Sequence record: MG673519.1 | Reading direction: 5' to 3' (one strand) | DNA length: 64,000 bases | Origin: Escherichia phage LAMP | Shown here: one piece after another, positions 19,572 to 30,560 of the stretch | Position numbering within the stretch: the first letter of the stretch is position 1 | How the letters are laid out: every line of letters begins with the position of its first letter | Made by a program: the position numbers and the translations under genes | Notes under the pieces: generated by a model | The model's database searches: none | What the model saw: only the letters and a program-made list of their open reading frames with translations | What the model was told of the DNA's origin: nothing

Positions 19572-20585
19572 ATGGGTGCAGGTGGTTTTCGTAAGAACAC
19601 TGGTCGCAATAACACCACACTCCCGTACAACGTTGGGTTTCTCAATAATGTACAGGACACAGAAACTTATAACGTAGCCGTGTATGATGAGTTACAGAAA
19701 GTCAGTACAGCTACTAACCAAATGTTCCAAGCTATTGATGAGATTCACGATGAGATTGATGTTCGTATCAAAGCTCTTAATGCGATGAACTTACAATTTG
19801 ATGAGCTTGAGAACAGAATTACTACAGAGATAGAAACAGCTATTGCAGATATTCAAACACAGATGGGGAACCTCTCCACTGACGATATTTGGGATAACTC
19901 AGTACAACCTCCGGTTAAACTAGAAAGCTCTATCTCTGGTATTAAAACAAGTATTGAAGGTAATGATCTTAAGATACAAACTGTTCAAGGTATTGTTAAC
20001 CAGCAGGGAGAAGAGATTGCATTAGTCCAGACAGAACTCACTTCTCAAGGACAGCAAATTACTGATGTTGATGGGAAGGTCACTACCGTGCAGAACTCCC
20101 TTTCTCAGTATATGAAATTAACTTCGTATGAAGCAACTTGGGGTGTTAACTCTTCTGTTAATGGTCAGTATGCTGGGGTTAAATTAACCAACAACGGAAC
20201 GAACAGTCAATTCCAAGTAACAGCTAACAAGTTCATCGTTGGTAATGGCACGACAGGTAATACTCCTTTTGTGTTTGAGAACGGAAGAGCTAGAATGGAA
20301 TTCGCTGATATAAAGAACGTCAACATTACAACTGCTATGATTGCTAATGCTAGGATTCAGTGGGCACAGATTGATAATGTTAGCATAACAAATGCACAAA
20401 TAACGAGTTTATCCGCTGATAAAATTACAGCTGGGGCTATGAGTGGTTCAAACTGGAGACTTACTGTTGGTGGTGATTTCCAATTAGGTTCTGGTTCTGG
20501 TGGTAACCGGTTGTGGATGAATGGTAGTCGTATCGACTTCTATGACGGAAGTGGCACGCTTCGTATTAGAATAGGGACTTGGTAA
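19572..20585 (+). CDS. Virion protein with central coiled coil (tail needle or fibre-like)
   Basis: Track ORF 19506..20585 trimmed to the in-frame ATG at 19572, which follows a GGAGGA SD and the terminator hairpin; coiled-coil middle, beta-rich C-terminus. Confidence 0.5.
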   Translation: MGAGGFRKNTGRNNTTLPYNVGFLNNVQDTETYNVAVYDELQKVSTATNQMFQAIDEIHDEIDVRIKALNAMNLQFDELENRITTEIETAIADIQTQMGNLSTDDIWDNSVQPPVKLESSISGIKTSIEGNDLKIQTVQGIVNQQGEEIALVQTELTSQGQQITDVDGKVTTVQNSLSQYMKLTSYEATWGVNSSVNGQYAGVKLTNNGTNSQFQVTANKFIVGNGTTGNTPFVFENGRARMEFADIKNVNITTAMIANARIQWAQIDNVSITNAQITSLSADKITAGAMSGSNWRLTVGGDFQLGSGSGGNRLWMNGSRIDFYDGSGTLRIRIGTW

Positions 20586-20586
20586 T

Positions 20587-21621
20587 ATGGCATATGGAAT
20601 ATGGACAACACCAGTCGGACCGGGACCAGCTTCTCCGGCTGAACTTTTTATCGACAGCAACACAACTTTCCCACAACTTAAGAATAGAGTCAGTGGCAAT
20701 TTTGCATTTAACGGCAAAACTTGTGATCTCCCAATAAATGGGTGGGACGGAAGTGGTCAAATAGTTATTGTACCAACAGGGTCTGTTGTGTGGGAGAGAT
20801 ATATACCACCTAACGTAACTTCGGATGTATATTGGATAGATAATATCTCAGTTATCAATAACTCCACTTTCAGAGTTACTATGGACTATAATGTTAATGG
20901 GTGGATATTTGACATGGCTTTTAATGTGTATCAAATATGGCCTAGAGCTAATAGAAACTACGGGATTACTTTTTCTAACACAGCTGATTACTTCTCTATC
21001 TCTGACTCAGGTACTGTCGGTCAGTGCATTTGGGCTTGGGAGGGTACTATAAATAGCTCTATGCAGATACCTGCTATTAGTGGATTTGATATGAGTAGGG
21101 CCACTGTATTTGCGAACTGGAGTAATGGGAGTGCTGGATTGCTTTATAACCCCTCCAACAGAACTGTGTATGTGTATCAGAATAGGTCTCACAATAATGG
21201 AAACACAAACCAGACAGGCTCTATTAGTGGTGTTAGGATTGCGGTATTTTGTGATGGGTCTAGTGTCCCTACTCATAATGGGGGTTTAAATATTTACTCT
21301 CCTAATGGGTCTCAGTGTGTATTCTCTACTTACAGAACCCCGTTTATGGTAGATCGTTTTATGCCTATGAGTGGTGGGAATACATCTCTGACGTATCCAA
21401 TGATACCTCTTTCTTATGGAGCTGGTGCTATACGGGGGAGCGCTAGTGGTTGGTATTTTCAGCACACAAGATCTCACACAATGAACGGGTCTTCTTTTGG
21501 AACAGGATATGGAAGAATGATATATTCGTGGTCTAATCAGTACGATCTCGGTGGTGGGGGTTCTCTAGGGTTAAGTATTCCGGTATTAGACGCCAAGAAG
21601 ATTTTTAGAAGCATACAATAA
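20587..21621 (+). CDS. Hypothetical virion protein
   Basis: 344 aa, N/G/S/T-rich beta-type composition. Confidence 0.5.
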   Translation: MAYGIWTTPVGPGPASPAELFIDSNTTFPQLKNRVSGNFAFNGKTCDLPINGWDGSGQIVIVPTGSVVWERYIPPNVTSDVYWIDNISVINNSTFRVTMDYNVNGWIFDMAFNVYQIWPRANRNYGITFSNTADYFSISDSGTVGQCIWAWEGTINSSMQIPAISGFDMSRATVFANWSNGSAGLLYNPSNRTVYVYQNRSHNNGNTNQTGSISGVRIAVFCDGSSVPTHNGGLNIYSPNGSQCVFSTYRTPFMVDRFMPMSGGNTSLTYPMIPLSYGAGAIRGSASGWYFQHTRSHTMNGSSFGTGYGRMIYSWSNQYDLGGGGSLGLSIPVLDAKKIFRSIQ

Positions 21622-21630
21622 GGAGAGCTT

Positions 21631-22413
21631 ATGGCAATTAGAATGGGTATAGAAGAGCTAGACCCGATGGTTCAACAGGCTTCAAAGAAGTATGGAATAC
21701 CAGCTGCTTTGATTCATGCTGTAATCCAAAGGGAGTCTAGTGGTCGTCCTAAGGTGGCTTCCGGAACTGGTCCTGTTGGTTTAATGCAGATCAGTAAAGG
21801 GTTAGCCAAAGATTATGGTTACAAACTAGAAGACAGACTTGACCCAGCAAAGAATATTGATATGGGTGCTCGTTACATCAGAGACAATCTGAAAGCTTTC
21901 AACGGTGATGTTAAGAAAGCAATGGTTGGTTACTCAGAAGGAACTGGTGGTGCTAAACAAATGTTCGCTGGTAAGAAAGGGTTTACTCCTCAGGCTCTTG
22001 ATTCAATGAACAACAAACACTTTCTCCCTTTTTATGGTGATGCAGCTTCTCAGATAGCTAACCCAATTGGAGCTTTGCAAGCTGTTCAACCAGTCAACCA
22101 GTTTAATCCAGACTTGTTAGACAGAGAGAAGGCTGCACAAGCTCCCACTCAGGCAGATATTGCTGCTTCTAAGACAGGTGCTTTAGGTGGTAATCCGGTA
22201 GAGTTTTACTCTGACGAAGTGCAGGAAGGTGAAGACCAGAAGCCCCAACAGAACTTTGGTAATGCAGTATTAGGGGTGGCTGCTATGCTTGCTGGTAAAC
22301 CTCCTACCTCTCAAACAGTTCAGAGGGCAAGTGCACCTCATGCAGCAGGTTCTCAGTACAGCCCACAAACACAAGCAGTGCTTAGACGTCTGGCTAGCAT
22401 TGGTGTTAAGTAA
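21631..22413 (+). CDS. Lytic transglycosylase (SLT domain) virion protein
   Basis: 260 aa; motif ...VIQRESSGRP...GLMQI... typical of soluble lytic transglycosylases; AAGGAG SD. Confidence 0.8.
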   Translation: MAIRMGIEELDPMVQQASKKYGIPAALIHAVIQRESSGRPKVASGTGPVGLMQISKGLAKDYGYKLEDRLDPAKNIDMGARYIRDNLKAFNGDVKKAMVGYSEGTGGAKQMFAGKKGFTPQALDSMNNKHFLPFYGDAASQIANPIGALQAVQPVNQFNPDLLDREKAAQAPTQADIAASKTGALGGNPVEFYSDEVQEGEDQKPQQNFGNAVLGVAAMLAGKPPTSQTVQRASAPHAAGSQYSPQTQAVLRRLASIGVK

Positions 22414-22432
22414 TAATCGTTAAGGAGGACTT

Positions 22433-23485
22433 ATGTCTTTATTTGGAAAATCAGCTTCTAGCAAAACCACAGTGGCTCCTTCCTCTCAGGTTGATGCCCT
22501 GCTGAAGCAGATTGTTGCTAATGCTCAGAATATGCAGAACAACGATCAGGGATTCATTTCCCAACAGCTGGCTGGGTTTAATGGCAACCAACAAGGTGCT
22601 CTGAACAACTTAGCAGCTTCTACTACTCAAAAGCAATTGGCTGATATGTACACACCTCGTACACAGCAAGGGCTAGACCAACTGAATTCTCTTGCCCAGC
22701 AGTATCAGAATATTGTTAATGGTGGTGGCCTGACTGCTGACGGTGTTAATAACTTTAGTAGAGGTTTAAACAACTCAGCTCTTGCTCAAGCTACCAGTAA
22801 AGCAGCTTCCAATGTATCTCTTGGAAATGGTTCTGACTCAGGCTCTCTTCGTAGAGCTGCTGCTCAGGGTGCTGCTCTTAATGGTGCTAATACAAACCTC
22901 TCTCGTACCATCAATGGTAAGAACATGGGAATTAGTGCTCTTCAACAAGATCAAAACTTCCAGAGGGGTTTGCTTGGTGCTCAGTCTGGTTTAGCTGGAC
23001 AGAACCTTAACCTTGGTGCGCAAGGTGTTCAGGCAACTCAACAGGCTATCCAGAATCAGCTCATGGCTGGTAATCTACAACAGCAACAAGCTCAAGCTCA
23101 AGCGGATATCAATTGGCAGAATGCTATTGGTTCTCAGCAGTATGGATGGAATCAGCTTAACAACCAACTTAATGTATTAAACAGTGTAAGCCCTATGGCT
23201 GGATATACAATTAAGAATGCCGCTCCGGGTGTTAATACAGGACAACAGATTCTTGGTGCTGGTATTACTGGTTTAGGTATTGCGGGTCGTATGGGTGCTT
23301 TCTCTCCTAACCAACAGACTCAGAATGCTTGGAGTTCCTACAACAACTCAGGTGGGCAATCTGGAATGGCTGGTCCTATGATTGGAGGTTCTAATCTTTC
23401 TCAACAGAAAGGTCAGTCTAACTGGTTATCCACAATGGGTAATAATATCTTAGGTGGTGTCTTAGGGGCATTCGGAGCAAACTAA
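22433..23485 (+). CDS. Q/N/G-rich low-complexity virion protein
   Basis: 350 aa, extreme Gln/Asn/Gly/Ala bias; TAAGGAGG SD. Confidence 0.55.
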   Translation: MSLFGKSASSKTTVAPSSQVDALLKQIVANAQNMQNNDQGFISQQLAGFNGNQQGALNNLAASTTQKQLADMYTPRTQQGLDQLNSLAQQYQNIVNGGGLTADGVNNFSRGLNNSALAQATSKAASNVSLGNGSDSGSLRRAAAQGAALNGANTNLSRTINGKNMGISALQQDQNFQRGLLGAQSGLAGQNLNLGAQGVQATQQAIQNQLMAGNLQQQQAQAQADINWQNAIGSQQYGWNQLNNQLNVLNSVSPMAGYTIKNAAPGVNTGQQILGAGITGLGIAGRMGAFSPNQQTQNAWSSYNNSGGQSGMAGPMIGGSNLSQQKGQSNWLSTMGNNILGGVLGAFGAN

Positions 23486-23497
23486 AGGAGATTTAAT

Positions 23498-24466
23498 ATG
23501 GCACTTTTCGGAGGCGGGGGTAGTAAAACTACTTCCCAAATGATTCGCCCTGAATATATTCAACAGTATATTGACCAGCTTAACCAGCAGATTGGTAATA
23601 CTAGTTCAGGGGATTATGTCTATCGTGACAACGTAGGATTTAATAACAACCAGACAGAGGCACTTAATAACTTAGCTCAATCTGGTGCTCTAGGGACTCT
23701 CTCACAACAATATATGGATGCAGCAGGTCAGGGATTGGGTTATCTCGATAACGCCTATAAAGGTTATCAGAGCCTCTCTGGACAAGGCGGGATTACTGGA
23801 GAGCAGATTGGTGCTCTTGCTGGTCAACTGTATGACGACGATGCTGTTCAGGCAGCTATTACAGCTAATAATGAGCAGGTTCAACAGAACTTGGCACGTA
23901 ACGCTCTTCCTCAGTTAGCTCAACAGTTTGCTGGTCAACAAGGTTCAGGTGCTCGTATGGCTAAATCTTTTGCTCAAGGCGATGCTCTGAATCAGATGCA
24001 AGGACAAGCAACAGATATTACCAACAGTGCCTATAATTCGGCTATCAGTCAAGCTGAAAGCATTCTCTCTGGTAATAGACAGAATCAGGCAGCTGCTCTC
24101 TCAGGTCTTTCCAATATTGGTTCTAACCTTTCTAACTTAGGTCAGCAAGGTGCTAATTTGTCTCAACAGCAAATGTTGAATCAATGGAATGCAGGGTTGC
24201 AGCAACAACAGCAACAACAGAATGAATATGATAATGCCTACCAGAATGCCCAGAATGCAGCTAACTGGGGATGGCAGGATATCAATAACCAACTCGGTGC
24301 AGCAGGTGTACTTAACGGCGCTCTTGGACAAACTACAACTACCAAAACATCTGGTGGTGGCGGTGGCTTCTTAGGTGGAGCTATGAGTGGTGCAGCGGCA
24401 GGTTCTTCCTTTGGACCTTGGGGTGCATTGGCAGGGGGCGTAATCGGTGGGTTGGCTAGTAATTAA
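23498..24466 (+). CDS. Q/N/G-rich low-complexity virion protein (compositional paralogue of the preceding gene)
   Basis: 322 aa, same compositional bias, poly-Q stretch and Gly-rich C-terminus; AAAGGAG SD. Confidence 0.55.
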   Translation: MALFGGGGSKTTSQMIRPEYIQQYIDQLNQQIGNTSSGDYVYRDNVGFNNNQTEALNNLAQSGALGTLSQQYMDAAGQGLGYLDNAYKGYQSLSGQGGITGEQIGALAGQLYDDDAVQAAITANNEQVQQNLARNALPQLAQQFAGQQGSGARMAKSFAQGDALNQMQGQATDITNSAYNSAISQAESILSGNRQNQAAALSGLSNIGSNLSNLGQQGANLSQQQMLNQWNAGLQQQQQQQNEYDNAYQNAQNAANWGWQDINNQLGAAGVLNGALGQTTTTKTSGGGGGFLGGAMSGAAAGSSFGPWGALAGGVIGGLASN

Positions 24467-24479
24467 TTAGGAGACAAAT

Positions 24480-26135
24480 ATGCAACAGACAACTTACGCT
24501 CAGGTCAGAAGTCGTGACCCGAGAAATACTTTCTATGGTGTTAATCCGGGAGCGGCTTCGGCCTCTCCTTATATGGCTAGACCTATTCAGACAGCAGATG
24601 TTTCTATGTACCGACGTCCTTCTGTACCTCCATCTCTCGCAGGTCTTATCTCTCAGGCAGAAGAAGATCAGAATGCTATGGTGAATCCGGGATTCCAGCA
24701 ACGTCTTATGGAACAACAGAATCGAGGAACCCCAACAAGTCTTCAGGGTATTGATATTGGAGCACCAGCCCCTGTAGCAGCTAATCCTGATTTATCCACT
24801 GATCAGGGTTTACAAGACGCTGGACTTATGCCTAGCGACCCTCTTCCGGTAACGCCTCCTACTAAACCGCTAGAAGATGGCCCTATGGAGTTTACTCCTT
24901 CTCAAGTGGAACAGGCACAAGGTGTTGTTACTACTCTTGCTCAAGGTCAGGACACTGGAGACGGAATGGCTGGGGCTACTCGTATTAAAGATCAGGAACG
25001 TGTTAATAATGATATCATGCAAATTGCTAAAGCTAAAGACCCTTCCGAAGCTTGGAATAAACTACAGAAAGAACCTTTCTATCAGAACTCCAGTTTCTAT
25101 ACAGGTTTGATGGGTGTAGGTCTTTCTATCATGTCAGGTAAATCTCCTATCGAAGCATTCCAAATTGGTCAGGGAATGGCTAATCAAGATGAGACTAAGA
25201 AGCAACTAGAAGCTAACCGTGATGCTCTGATTGAACAAGGTTTCTCTCAAGATTCAATTGCAGCTGCTATTGCTAACGGAGATCCATCTCTTCTGAAGAT
25301 GAAAACTATAGACCCTGCTCAAAAAGAAGCATGGTATGAGGAGCGTGAAAGACGTCAGAATGCGGAGTGGGATAGACGTCAACAGATTCAAGAGAAATCT
25401 ATGCGTGAGCGTGCTGAGGAAACTCGTCGTGCTGCTGAAGAGAGGACTAACATGAACCTTGAACGTCAGAAAAAGTTGATTGACTATCGTGATAAGGTTA
25501 AGGCTGAACGTGCCGAACAAGCTGCTCAGAGTTTTAACTTCTCCCCTAAAGAGACTCGTAACGCTCAGAATACAGCTGAAGGTAAAGTTGCCACTCAGTG
25601 GGCAGAGAAAGGTGGCCTGTTTAACCAATCCAATAAAGACTTGGACTTGGCTGATAAAGCTATTAAGGACAAGGATTACCAGACGGCCCGTTCTGCTTAC
25701 ATGCAGGCTATCATGAACTCCGCAAGGGCTGAAATCGGTTCTACTCGTTCTCTTACTGAAGAAGACTTGGGACATTTTGCAGAAGATCCATCAATCTTCA
25801 TCCGTGTAGGTAACAAGTTCGCTCTGAAGTCGGGATGGCGTCCTACTGATTCTGCTCTTGCTTATGCTCGTAAACAAGCGAACGTCGGTTACACCTCTGC
25901 TATGAAGGGTGTTGCTGATGCTAAGAAAGCTGTTATCGAAGCGTACATCGGCTCTAAGATGGATAAGAAGAGAGCTACTGCATTGGTTAACCGTGCAATC
26001 CCTTCTGGCGGTTTCTATGATCCTCTCGGTGTTTTCTCTGAGGAAGCAGAAGAGGCAGTTGGTGGTGCAGCAACCAATCCTAAACTGAATGGTGCTTTAT
26101 CTGGTTCTTCAGATACTAGCTGGTTCACTGAGTAA
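24480..26135 (+). CDS. Putative internal virion protein
   Basis: 551 aa, charged/helical; in the run of genes between the transglycosylase and the giant protein. Confidence 0.5.
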   Translation: MQQTTYAQVRSRDPRNTFYGVNPGAASASPYMARPIQTADVSMYRRPSVPPSLAGLISQAEEDQNAMVNPGFQQRLMEQQNRGTPTSLQGIDIGAPAPVAANPDLSTDQGLQDAGLMPSDPLPVTPPTKPLEDGPMEFTPSQVEQAQGVVTTLAQGQDTGDGMAGATRIKDQERVNNDIMQIAKAKDPSEAWNKLQKEPFYQNSSFYTGLMGVGLSIMSGKSPIEAFQIGQGMANQDETKKQLEANRDALIEQGFSQDSIAAAIANGDPSLLKMKTIDPAQKEAWYEERERRQNAEWDRRQQIQEKSMRERAEETRRAAEERTNMNLERQKKLIDYRDKVKAERAEQAAQSFNFSPKETRNAQNTAEGKVATQWAEKGGLFNQSNKDLDLADKAIKDKDYQTARSAYMQAIMNSARAEIGSTRSLTEEDLGHFAEDPSIFIRVGNKFALKSGWRPTDSALAYARKQANVGYTSAMKGVADAKKAVIEAYIGSKMDKKRATALVNRAIPSGGFYDPLGVFSEEAEEAVGGAATNPKLNGALSGSSDTSWFTE

Positions 26136-26202
26136 GACCTAAGTCCTGCCTTCCATAATGTATATAGGAGGTAGGACATTTTTATTTATAAAAGGAGACG
26201 TT

Positions 26203-29200
26203 ATGGCTAACATTAAACCGTGGGAAGAAGCTTCCAAAGCTCCTGCGTATCTGAATGCCTCTCCGGAGCAACAGGCTCAAATGAGAGAACAATATAAGGC
26301 AGCAGGTGGCTTTATTCCTGAGGAACAACCAGTAGCACAACCACAACAAGAAGAACGTGGTGTTATAGGTGAGTTTGCTCAAGGTGTGTCAAATGCTCTT
26401 CAATCTGGTGGTGCAAACATTGCAGCTAGTGCTGCTAAAGGTATTGGTGGTTTAGTTGAGATTGGTGAAGATCTAATTGGAGCACAAACTAGTTATGGTA
26501 AGCGTATCCAAGAGAACTCTCAGAACCTTCTGAAAGAACGTATGGATAAGATTGAGGATGGGATTGGTAAAACTGCTGGTCAGTATGCTGGCGTTGTTGG
26601 TGATATTGGTTTGACAGTTACTAACCCGTTAGCTGCCGCTGCTATCATCGCAGGTCGTGAGACAGGTCGTGCATATGCAGACCAAACCCCTAAAGAGGGA
26701 GAAGACAAGTCTGTTCTGGATGCAGCCTTAGTTGGTGGTGCTAACTATGCAGCTCAGAGAATCCTTCCGGGTGCTGTTGGTACAGCTGAATCTACACTTG
26801 GTCGTATCGGTCAGAACATTGCTAGTAACGCAGTGGCTGGTGCTAAAGGTGGTGCTCTTGTAGGTGCTGCTGAAGCTCAGAACAAACATGGTGATGACAC
26901 AACCTTTGCTAATGTCTTAGAAGGCGCTATTGAAGAAGGTGCTATTGGTGCTGCATTCGGTGGTGCAGTTGGTGGCGTTCATGGCTTAATTAGCCGTCCA
27001 GATTCTGCTGTCTTCAAGAATACTCCAGAATATGCAAAGACTGACATTGCTGCTGACGATGAGCTGATTCGTAGTGCTAAGACTGTTGATGAACTGAAAG
27101 AAGCCTACTCTAAAGCTGAAACTGCTAACGCCGCTTCCGCTCTTAATCTTCTGGATGAGAATGGATTCCGTATTACTGATGCTGTTGCTTTAGATTCTCC
27201 TGCTGCTCAGCGTATTCTTAATACAGACCAAGCCAGTGCTGAGAAAGCTGCTTCTGCTCAGAAAGAGCATTCTAACATTCCGGGCCTCAATCCTTTGGCT
27301 CCTCCTGCTAAGACTCGTGGTAAAGCATTCGCTGATAACGAGCACAACCAGAAGAAAGCTGTCGCTATGAAAGATGCAATGGCTGACTACACCAAGGATA
27401 ACACGAAAGCTCTTACAGATGTTCTAGATAACCTAGACCGTGAATTAACTGCTTACCGAGCTGCTGATGATTTTACTGGCAATCCACTTGATGTCAAGAA
27501 TCGCACACAAGCTGACCGTGACTTCGTTGATGCTTATAAGACTTTCTATAATGAAGCAAATCGATTCAAAGCTCGTGATGGTGAAGACTTTAACAACTTT
27601 GTAGAGAAAGCTACTGAGCTACGGAAGATGGCTGATAACGTTTCTCCAGAGATGAAGAAAGCTATTAGTGGGTTGAAGAAACTGAAAGGTATGCCTGAAG
27701 GTTTTAACCCTATTCAAGATGCTTATACTCTGAACAATGCAGCTAAGTTCATGAGCAACCAAGACCGTGGTTGGACTTCCCTGACCGATGATGGATTCCG
27801 TGAGGCTTCTTCTCCTAGTCTGGTTATGAACACACTCGGTGCTGCTAAGTATGCTCTGAATCGCTTCTCTTCTCAGCGTGCTCGCTCTCAACGTGTTAAG
27901 CAACAAGAAGCTAACAGCGAAGCTATCCGCTCTCTGGCTCGTGGTGATTTGGAAGTTGCTCGTGCTAAATCTACTGCTGATGAAGCTCGTGCTAAAATGG
28001 AAGAAGAACCAGTTGTTGATGACATTAAATTTAAGACGCAAAATGACGTGGAAACCGAACCGGTTCGGGAGCCTTCTTCTAGTACTGTGACGGAAGAAAA
28101 TCTTCCTTCTTCCACTCCTCAAGAAGCCCCTCTTACAGCTCGCGATTTAGTTGCTCAAAGACGTGCAGTTAAGCAGGCAGAACAGCGTCGTGCTCAAGAA
28201 GAGGCCGCACAGGCTCCAGAACCCACTGTAGAGGAACCAACAGTCAAAGCCGAGCCATTACCTGCCCGTGCTCCTAAAGCTCCTAAGGAGTCTATACAGG
28301 ACGTTAAACCGGCAAGTGGTGTAGAACGTTTAGCTGCCATGTCTAGTGCTGCTCGTCAGGCTACTATAGATCGTGCAGAACGTTTTGCTCGTTCTCTGTA
28401 CTCTCAGACTGCTAAGGCTAAGGCCACTGCTGAAAACTTCTTGGCTTACAAGGGAAGTTATAGGGAGTTGATGCGTCGGATTCGTCAGGAAGATAATGCT
28501 ATCAACACTGAGCGTCATGAAGAGATGGCTCGTAATCAGCTAGCTTCTCAGCAAGGTATTGCTACTGCTAAGAACAACACTGTACGAACTAACTTTGCTG
28601 AATGGGTTAAGGAACGTGGTCTGCCAGAAGACATTGCTACTAAGGCATTACGTGCTGAAGAGAAGGGTTTAGGTGGGAACGTGACTAACTTAGATAGTCT
28701 GAAACGTCGTGCTGAAAGGTTGTATCAGAAGCAGCGTGAGGACGAGTTTGACAGACTGTATCAACAGGCTCTGGAAGAGAATAAAGCTTTTGATAAGAAG
28801 AATGCTCCTAAACTGGCTGACCAGAAGAAAGAGCTTCAATCTGAGATTGACACTTTGATTGATTCAGAACCTTTACGTCCTGCTCAGAAAGATGCTATGC
28901 GTAAACTGATGAATGACTTTGTAGATGAGAAGTTTAAATCTTCAGAGAAGGCTGGTAGGGAAGAAGCTTTGGAAGTAGGTCAGATGAAGGATATTTGGGA
29001 TGGGTTTATTAACACCTATAACAGAGAAGTGAATGCCTTCAACAAAGCTAACAAGAACTCTCAGTATGAGGCTGCTGCTAAACACTTGCAGGCTCGTGAG
29101 GAGCGTCTTATCTCTTTACGTAACAGAGCAGAAGCTCGTGCTCAAGCGAAAGCTACAGCAGAAGCTGAACGTAAGTTACTCGAAGCTATTGCTGGTCAGA

Positions 29201-30510
29201 AGACTGAGATAGAGAAGATGTTTGATGAGTTACCTAAACCTGTCCGCGAGGCTCAGGAAAGCCGTACTCTGAAACAGCTTGCAGCTCACCATGATAAGAA
29301 CTCCCCTGTTCCTCCAGAACGTTTCCGTAGTATTATCGAACGTATCCACAACGCCGAGTCAGATTACCTTGATCGTCAGCGTCGTTTAACTGATGCAGAA
29401 GAAGATGCTCGTCAGGCTAAGTGGAACAAAATGTATGAGCAAGCGGAAGAGATGGACCGTAAGTTTGAGATAGACAAAAGGGTTAAGCGCAGTGAAGAGC
29501 TTAAAGCGGCTCAGAAGCGTGAGAATGACCTTATGGCGGTACAACGTCAACGTGACGACATCCATCGTCGCCTGATGCATACTTTGGAGGATAGGGGCAT
29601 ATCTAAAGAGGATGCTGAAGCATTTGCTGGTTCCTACATGGATAACCGTTATGCACTTCTTGATAAGCCTATGACTCCTACTGAACATCAGAATGCTCGT
29701 TCTCGTATTGAGGCTGATGTTGAGAAGTTTGCTAAGAAGTACGAATCAATGACTCCTATTGAGAAAGAGATTGTTAAGGTTACTGGAGATACTGAAGGTA
29801 AGCTTGATAACTTGGATTCGGATACTAGGAAGGCTATTGAGGAGGCTCGGAAGGTAGACTCTGATATTAAGAAACTGCAAGAGGAAGAGATGGAGATGGA
29901 GAAGATTCGTTCTGCTCTGCCTGATGATGAAAGATCTCAAGCAAATTCTGATATCTTGGAAAGCATTAAACAGCAGGAAGAAGCCTTTGCTGATAAAGCA
30001 GAGAAAGCTTTCTTGAATGGGAAGAGCTTGGATGAGTTGGCTAGTGTGGCTGAAGTTTTAGACAGGGTTCATGGTGCAGACAAGGCTGGTAACAACCGTC
30101 GCTTTGTACGTGCATTGCAGACTGCTGCTGAAAACAAGAAGAAGTATGGTGATAATCCGGTAGCTTGGTTTAGTGCTGATGATTATTCTGCTATTGCTAA
30201 ACTTGGTGCTTCTTCCGCAGGTGGTAACAAATCTAGAGCACTGGAGAAAATCTTTGGTTCTACAGCTGAACAAGCTAAGAGTAAGTTGCTTGGCAGGGAT
30301 GATGTAGCGAAGATGAGACGTGTAATTGAAGAGAACCCTGATATTAAGATTCCTTCTTACAAGACAACGAATCGTACTGAGTACTTGCAGTTCTTGGAGA
30401 AGTTTAATGACGAAGGGAAGCCGAAGATTAAACGTGGCTCATTGTCAGAGAAGCTTGAACGCAGTAAGCGTCAATCGAGACTCCGTGTAAGAGTTCGATC
30501 TAAGGAGTGA
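26203..30510 (+). CDS. Giant internal virion / ejection or tape-measure-like protein
   Basis: Track ORF 26158..30510 trimmed to the ATG at 26203 preceded by AAAGGAG; about 1435 aa, Ala/Gly-rich N-terminal part then long charged coiled-coil regions. Confidence 0.6.
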   Translation: MANIKPWEEASKAPAYLNASPEQQAQMREQYKAAGGFIPEEQPVAQPQQEERGVIGEFAQGVSNALQSGGANIAASAAKGIGGLVEIGEDLIGAQTSYGKRIQENSQNLLKERMDKIEDGIGKTAGQYAGVVGDIGLTVTNPLAAAAIIAGRETGRAYADQTPKEGEDKSVLDAALVGGANYAAQRILPGAVGTAESTLGRIGQNIASNAVAGAKGGALVGAAEAQNKHGDDTTFANVLEGAIEEGAIGAAFGGAVGGVHGLISRPDSAVFKNTPEYAKTDIAADDELIRSAKTVDELKEAYSKAETANAASALNLLDENGFRITDAVALDSPAAQRILNTDQASAEKAASAQKEHSNIPGLNPLAPPAKTRGKAFADNEHNQKKAVAMKDAMADYTKDNTKALTDVLDNLDRELTAYRAADDFTGNPLDVKNRTQADRDFVDAYKTFYNEANRFKARDGEDFNNFVEKATELRKMADNVSPEMKKAISGLKKLKGMPEGFNPIQDAYTLNNAAKFMSNQDRGWTSLTDDGFREASSPSLVMNTLGAAKYALNRFSSQRARSQRVKQQEANSEAIRSLARGDLEVARAKSTADEARAKMEEEPVVDDIKFKTQNDVETEPVREPSSSTVTEENLPSSTPQEAPLTARDLVAQRRAVKQAEQRRAQEEAAQAPEPTVEEPTVKAEPLPARAPKAPKESIQDVKPASGVERLAAMSSAARQATIDRAERFARSLYSQTAKAKATAENFLAYKGSYRELMRRIRQEDNAINTERHEEMARNQLASQQGIATAKNNTVRTNFAEWVKERGLPEDIATKALRAEEKGLGGNVTNLDSLKRRAERLYQKQREDEFDRLYQQALEENKAFDKKNAPKLADQKKELQSEIDTLIDSEPLRPAQKDAMRKLMNDFVDEKFKSSEKAGREEALEVGQMKDIWDGFINTYNREVNAFNKANKNSQYEAAAKHLQAREERLISLRNRAEARAQAKATAEAERKLLEAIAGQKTEIEKMFDELPKPVREAQESRTLKQLAAHHDKNSPVPPERFRSIIERIHNAESDYLDRQRRLTDAEEDARQAKWNKMYEQAEEMDRKFEIDKRVKRSEELKAAQKRENDLMAVQRQRDDIHRRLMHTLEDRGISKEDAEAFAGSYMDNRYALLDKPMTPTEHQNARSRIEADVEKFAKKYESMTPIEKEIVKVTGDTEGKLDNLDSDTRKAIEEARKVDSDIKKLQEEEMEMEKIRSALPDDERSQANSDILESIKQQEEAFADKAEKAFLNGKSLDELASVAEVLDRVHGADKAGNNRRFVRALQTAAENKKKYGDNPVAWFSADDYSAIAKLGASSAGGNKSRALEKIFGSTAEQAKSKLLGRDDVAKMRRVIEENPDIKIPSYKTTNRTEYLQFLEKFNDEGKPKIKRGSLSEKLERSKRQSRLRVRVRSKE

Positions 30511-30511
30511 T

Positions 30512-30560
30512 AAAAGAAAAGCCCTCAAGGAGAAAATCTCTTTGAGGGCTTTATTTGTTT
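30512..30560. terminator. Bidirectional intrinsic terminator at the convergence of the plus and minus modules
   Basis: Perfect 8-bp stem GCCCTCAA/TTGAGGGC flanked by an A-run upstream and a T-run downstream. Confidence 0.6.

Noticed and set aside
25254-28122. Minus-strand ORFs of 173 and 167 aa inside the 551-aa and giant virion protein genes
   Set aside because: Antisense to long, contiguous, ribosome-binding-site-preceded plus-strand genes; Leu/Ser-rich shadow translations.
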